DNA from: a virus
Lineage: Duplodnaviria; Caudoviricetes
Length of the DNA stretch: 64,000 nt
Virus record (IMG/VR): IMGVR_UViG_3300042258_000341
Coordinates: 96,001 to 160,000 of that record
Reading direction: 5' to 3' (one strand)
Program-made: the position numbers and the translations under genes
Notes under the pieces: model-generated
Told to the model about the DNA's origin: nothing
Database searches by the model: none
The model's input: the letters and a program-made list of their open reading frames with translations, nothing else
Part shown: positions 63,167 through 64,000 of the stretch, in pieces
How positions within the stretch are numbered: the stretch's first letter is position 1
Layout: every line of letters begins with the position of its first letter

Positions 63167-63736
63167 CTATTCGATAGATTTATTTTCTACTTTTATTCCA
63201 CACTTCAAAACCCCAGCACTGAACATTGCATGTAATTTAGATGCTGTAATTGTTCTCGGTTTCTGTGAATCCCCCCAGAAAACCTCAAAAGAATTATCTG
63301 CATTTTTTTGCCCAACAACAACCCAATGTTGATACCACAAAGCGGTTATAAAATTAGTTTCGAGTTTCACCAAAATAATTAATTTTTTCGGAACATAATT
63401 ACCAGATTCGATATCTGACCATTTCACATTATCGTCCGGAATAAATCCCAGAGCTTTTATTGCCCTCATAACATTTAAAGGATTTGACAACAAAGGGCTT
63501 TCGAAAAAGAAGGGTAAGTCCCAATGCCACAAAGCTTTATATGCTTTTTCGTAAGTTGTTCCACAAGTTATTGCAACAACAGGAACAGCGCAATCTCTTG
63601 CTTGTCGCATTGTTGGAATTTCTTCATTTTTCTGTTCTTCAGTAGGTTCCGGGGGGAACCCTAAAATAAATTTAAGTGCTCTCCAGAAATTTTTGATTGC
63701 TTTTTTTAGACTTTCAAACATGACTCCAGTCTCCAT
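63167..63736 (-). CDS. C39-like cysteine peptidase domain protein
   Basis: Q..DC, HWVVV and a downstream D consistent with a papain-like triad. Confidence 0.5.
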   Translation of the reverse strand: METGVMFESLKKAIKNFWRALKFILGFPPEPTEEQKNEEIPTMRQARDCAVPVVAITCGTTYEKAYKALWHWDLPFFFESPLLSNPLNVMRAIKALGFIPDDNVKWSDIESGNYVPKKLIILVKLETNFITALWYQHWVVVGQKNADNSFEVFWGDSQKPRTITASKLHAMFSAGVLKCGIKVENKSIE

Positions 63737-63899
63737 TCAGATAGCTATTTTTAAATTCAAGAAACATTTCATAAGTAGTATTTTTCTTTCCGTATTGCTT
63801 ATGGAATTCATCATGAATTTCTTTCAAAAGTGTAACCGTTTGAATACATCTTTCTCCCAAAATTCGAATATTTTTTTCACAAGTAGTTTCTTTTTTCAT
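63714..63899 (-). CDS. hypothetical protein
   Basis: 61-aa ORF with GAGG RBS. Confidence 0.45.
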   Translation of the reverse strand: MKKETTCEKNIRILGERCIQTVTLLKEIHDEFHKQYGKKNTTYEMFLEFKNSYLNGDWSHV

Positions 63900-64000
63900 G
63901 CCTCACCCATTGTCTACAGTGTCCGGGCTTCCTGTCACAGTCACGGAAGACCCGCAGAAATCGTTTACCATATCTCCGACTCGGTGATCTGGTAAATTAT

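Noticed and set aside
1-64000. Plus-strand ORFs in the track
   Set aside because: All are antisense shadows of minus-strand genes, with no recognisable motifs.
1-64000. Genome-wide stop-codon reassignment
   Set aside because: Coding density is high under the standard code; TAA, TGA and TAG all end genes at sensible boundaries; only one suspicious internal TGA was seen.

Overview
A 64-kb segment of a large, AT-rich tailed phage with a contractile-tail baseplate. Essentially every real gene is on the minus strand. In transcription order (right to left): baseplate and tail-fibre module (gp25-like, gp6/J-like wedge, gpI-like, tail fibres; ~41.9-63.1 kb); replication/transcription module (SF2 helicase, DnaC-like loader, DnaB, primase Zn-finger, two-gene family A DNA polymerase, two sigma-like factors, two-gene UvrD with an HNH intein and a Thg1 gene between the halves; ~25.5-40.2 kb); an IS607 element; a CCA-adding enzyme; many small accessory genes with a Mom-like GNAT; SbcC(N-half)/SbcD, a Cas4/AddB-like nuclease, a beta clamp, a TOPRIM primase, a DNA methyltransferase, an orphan IS607 recombinase fusion, an RNase H-dUTPase fusion and a kinase. 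Most notable: (1) an apparently intact IS607 whose TnpB has Fanzor-type catalytic motifs, a foldable omega-RNA, and a reading frame that stays open across the whole of tnpA; (2) splitting of four replication/recombination enzymes (PolA, UvrD, primase, SbcC) into separate genes; (3) a tail fibre with five near-identical propeller blades; (4) two recurring promoter-like motifs, one apparently giving leaderless mRNAs for replication genes. No tRNA, rRNA, CRISPR array or reverse transcriptase was seen. All calls come from reading motifs by eye; no searches were run.
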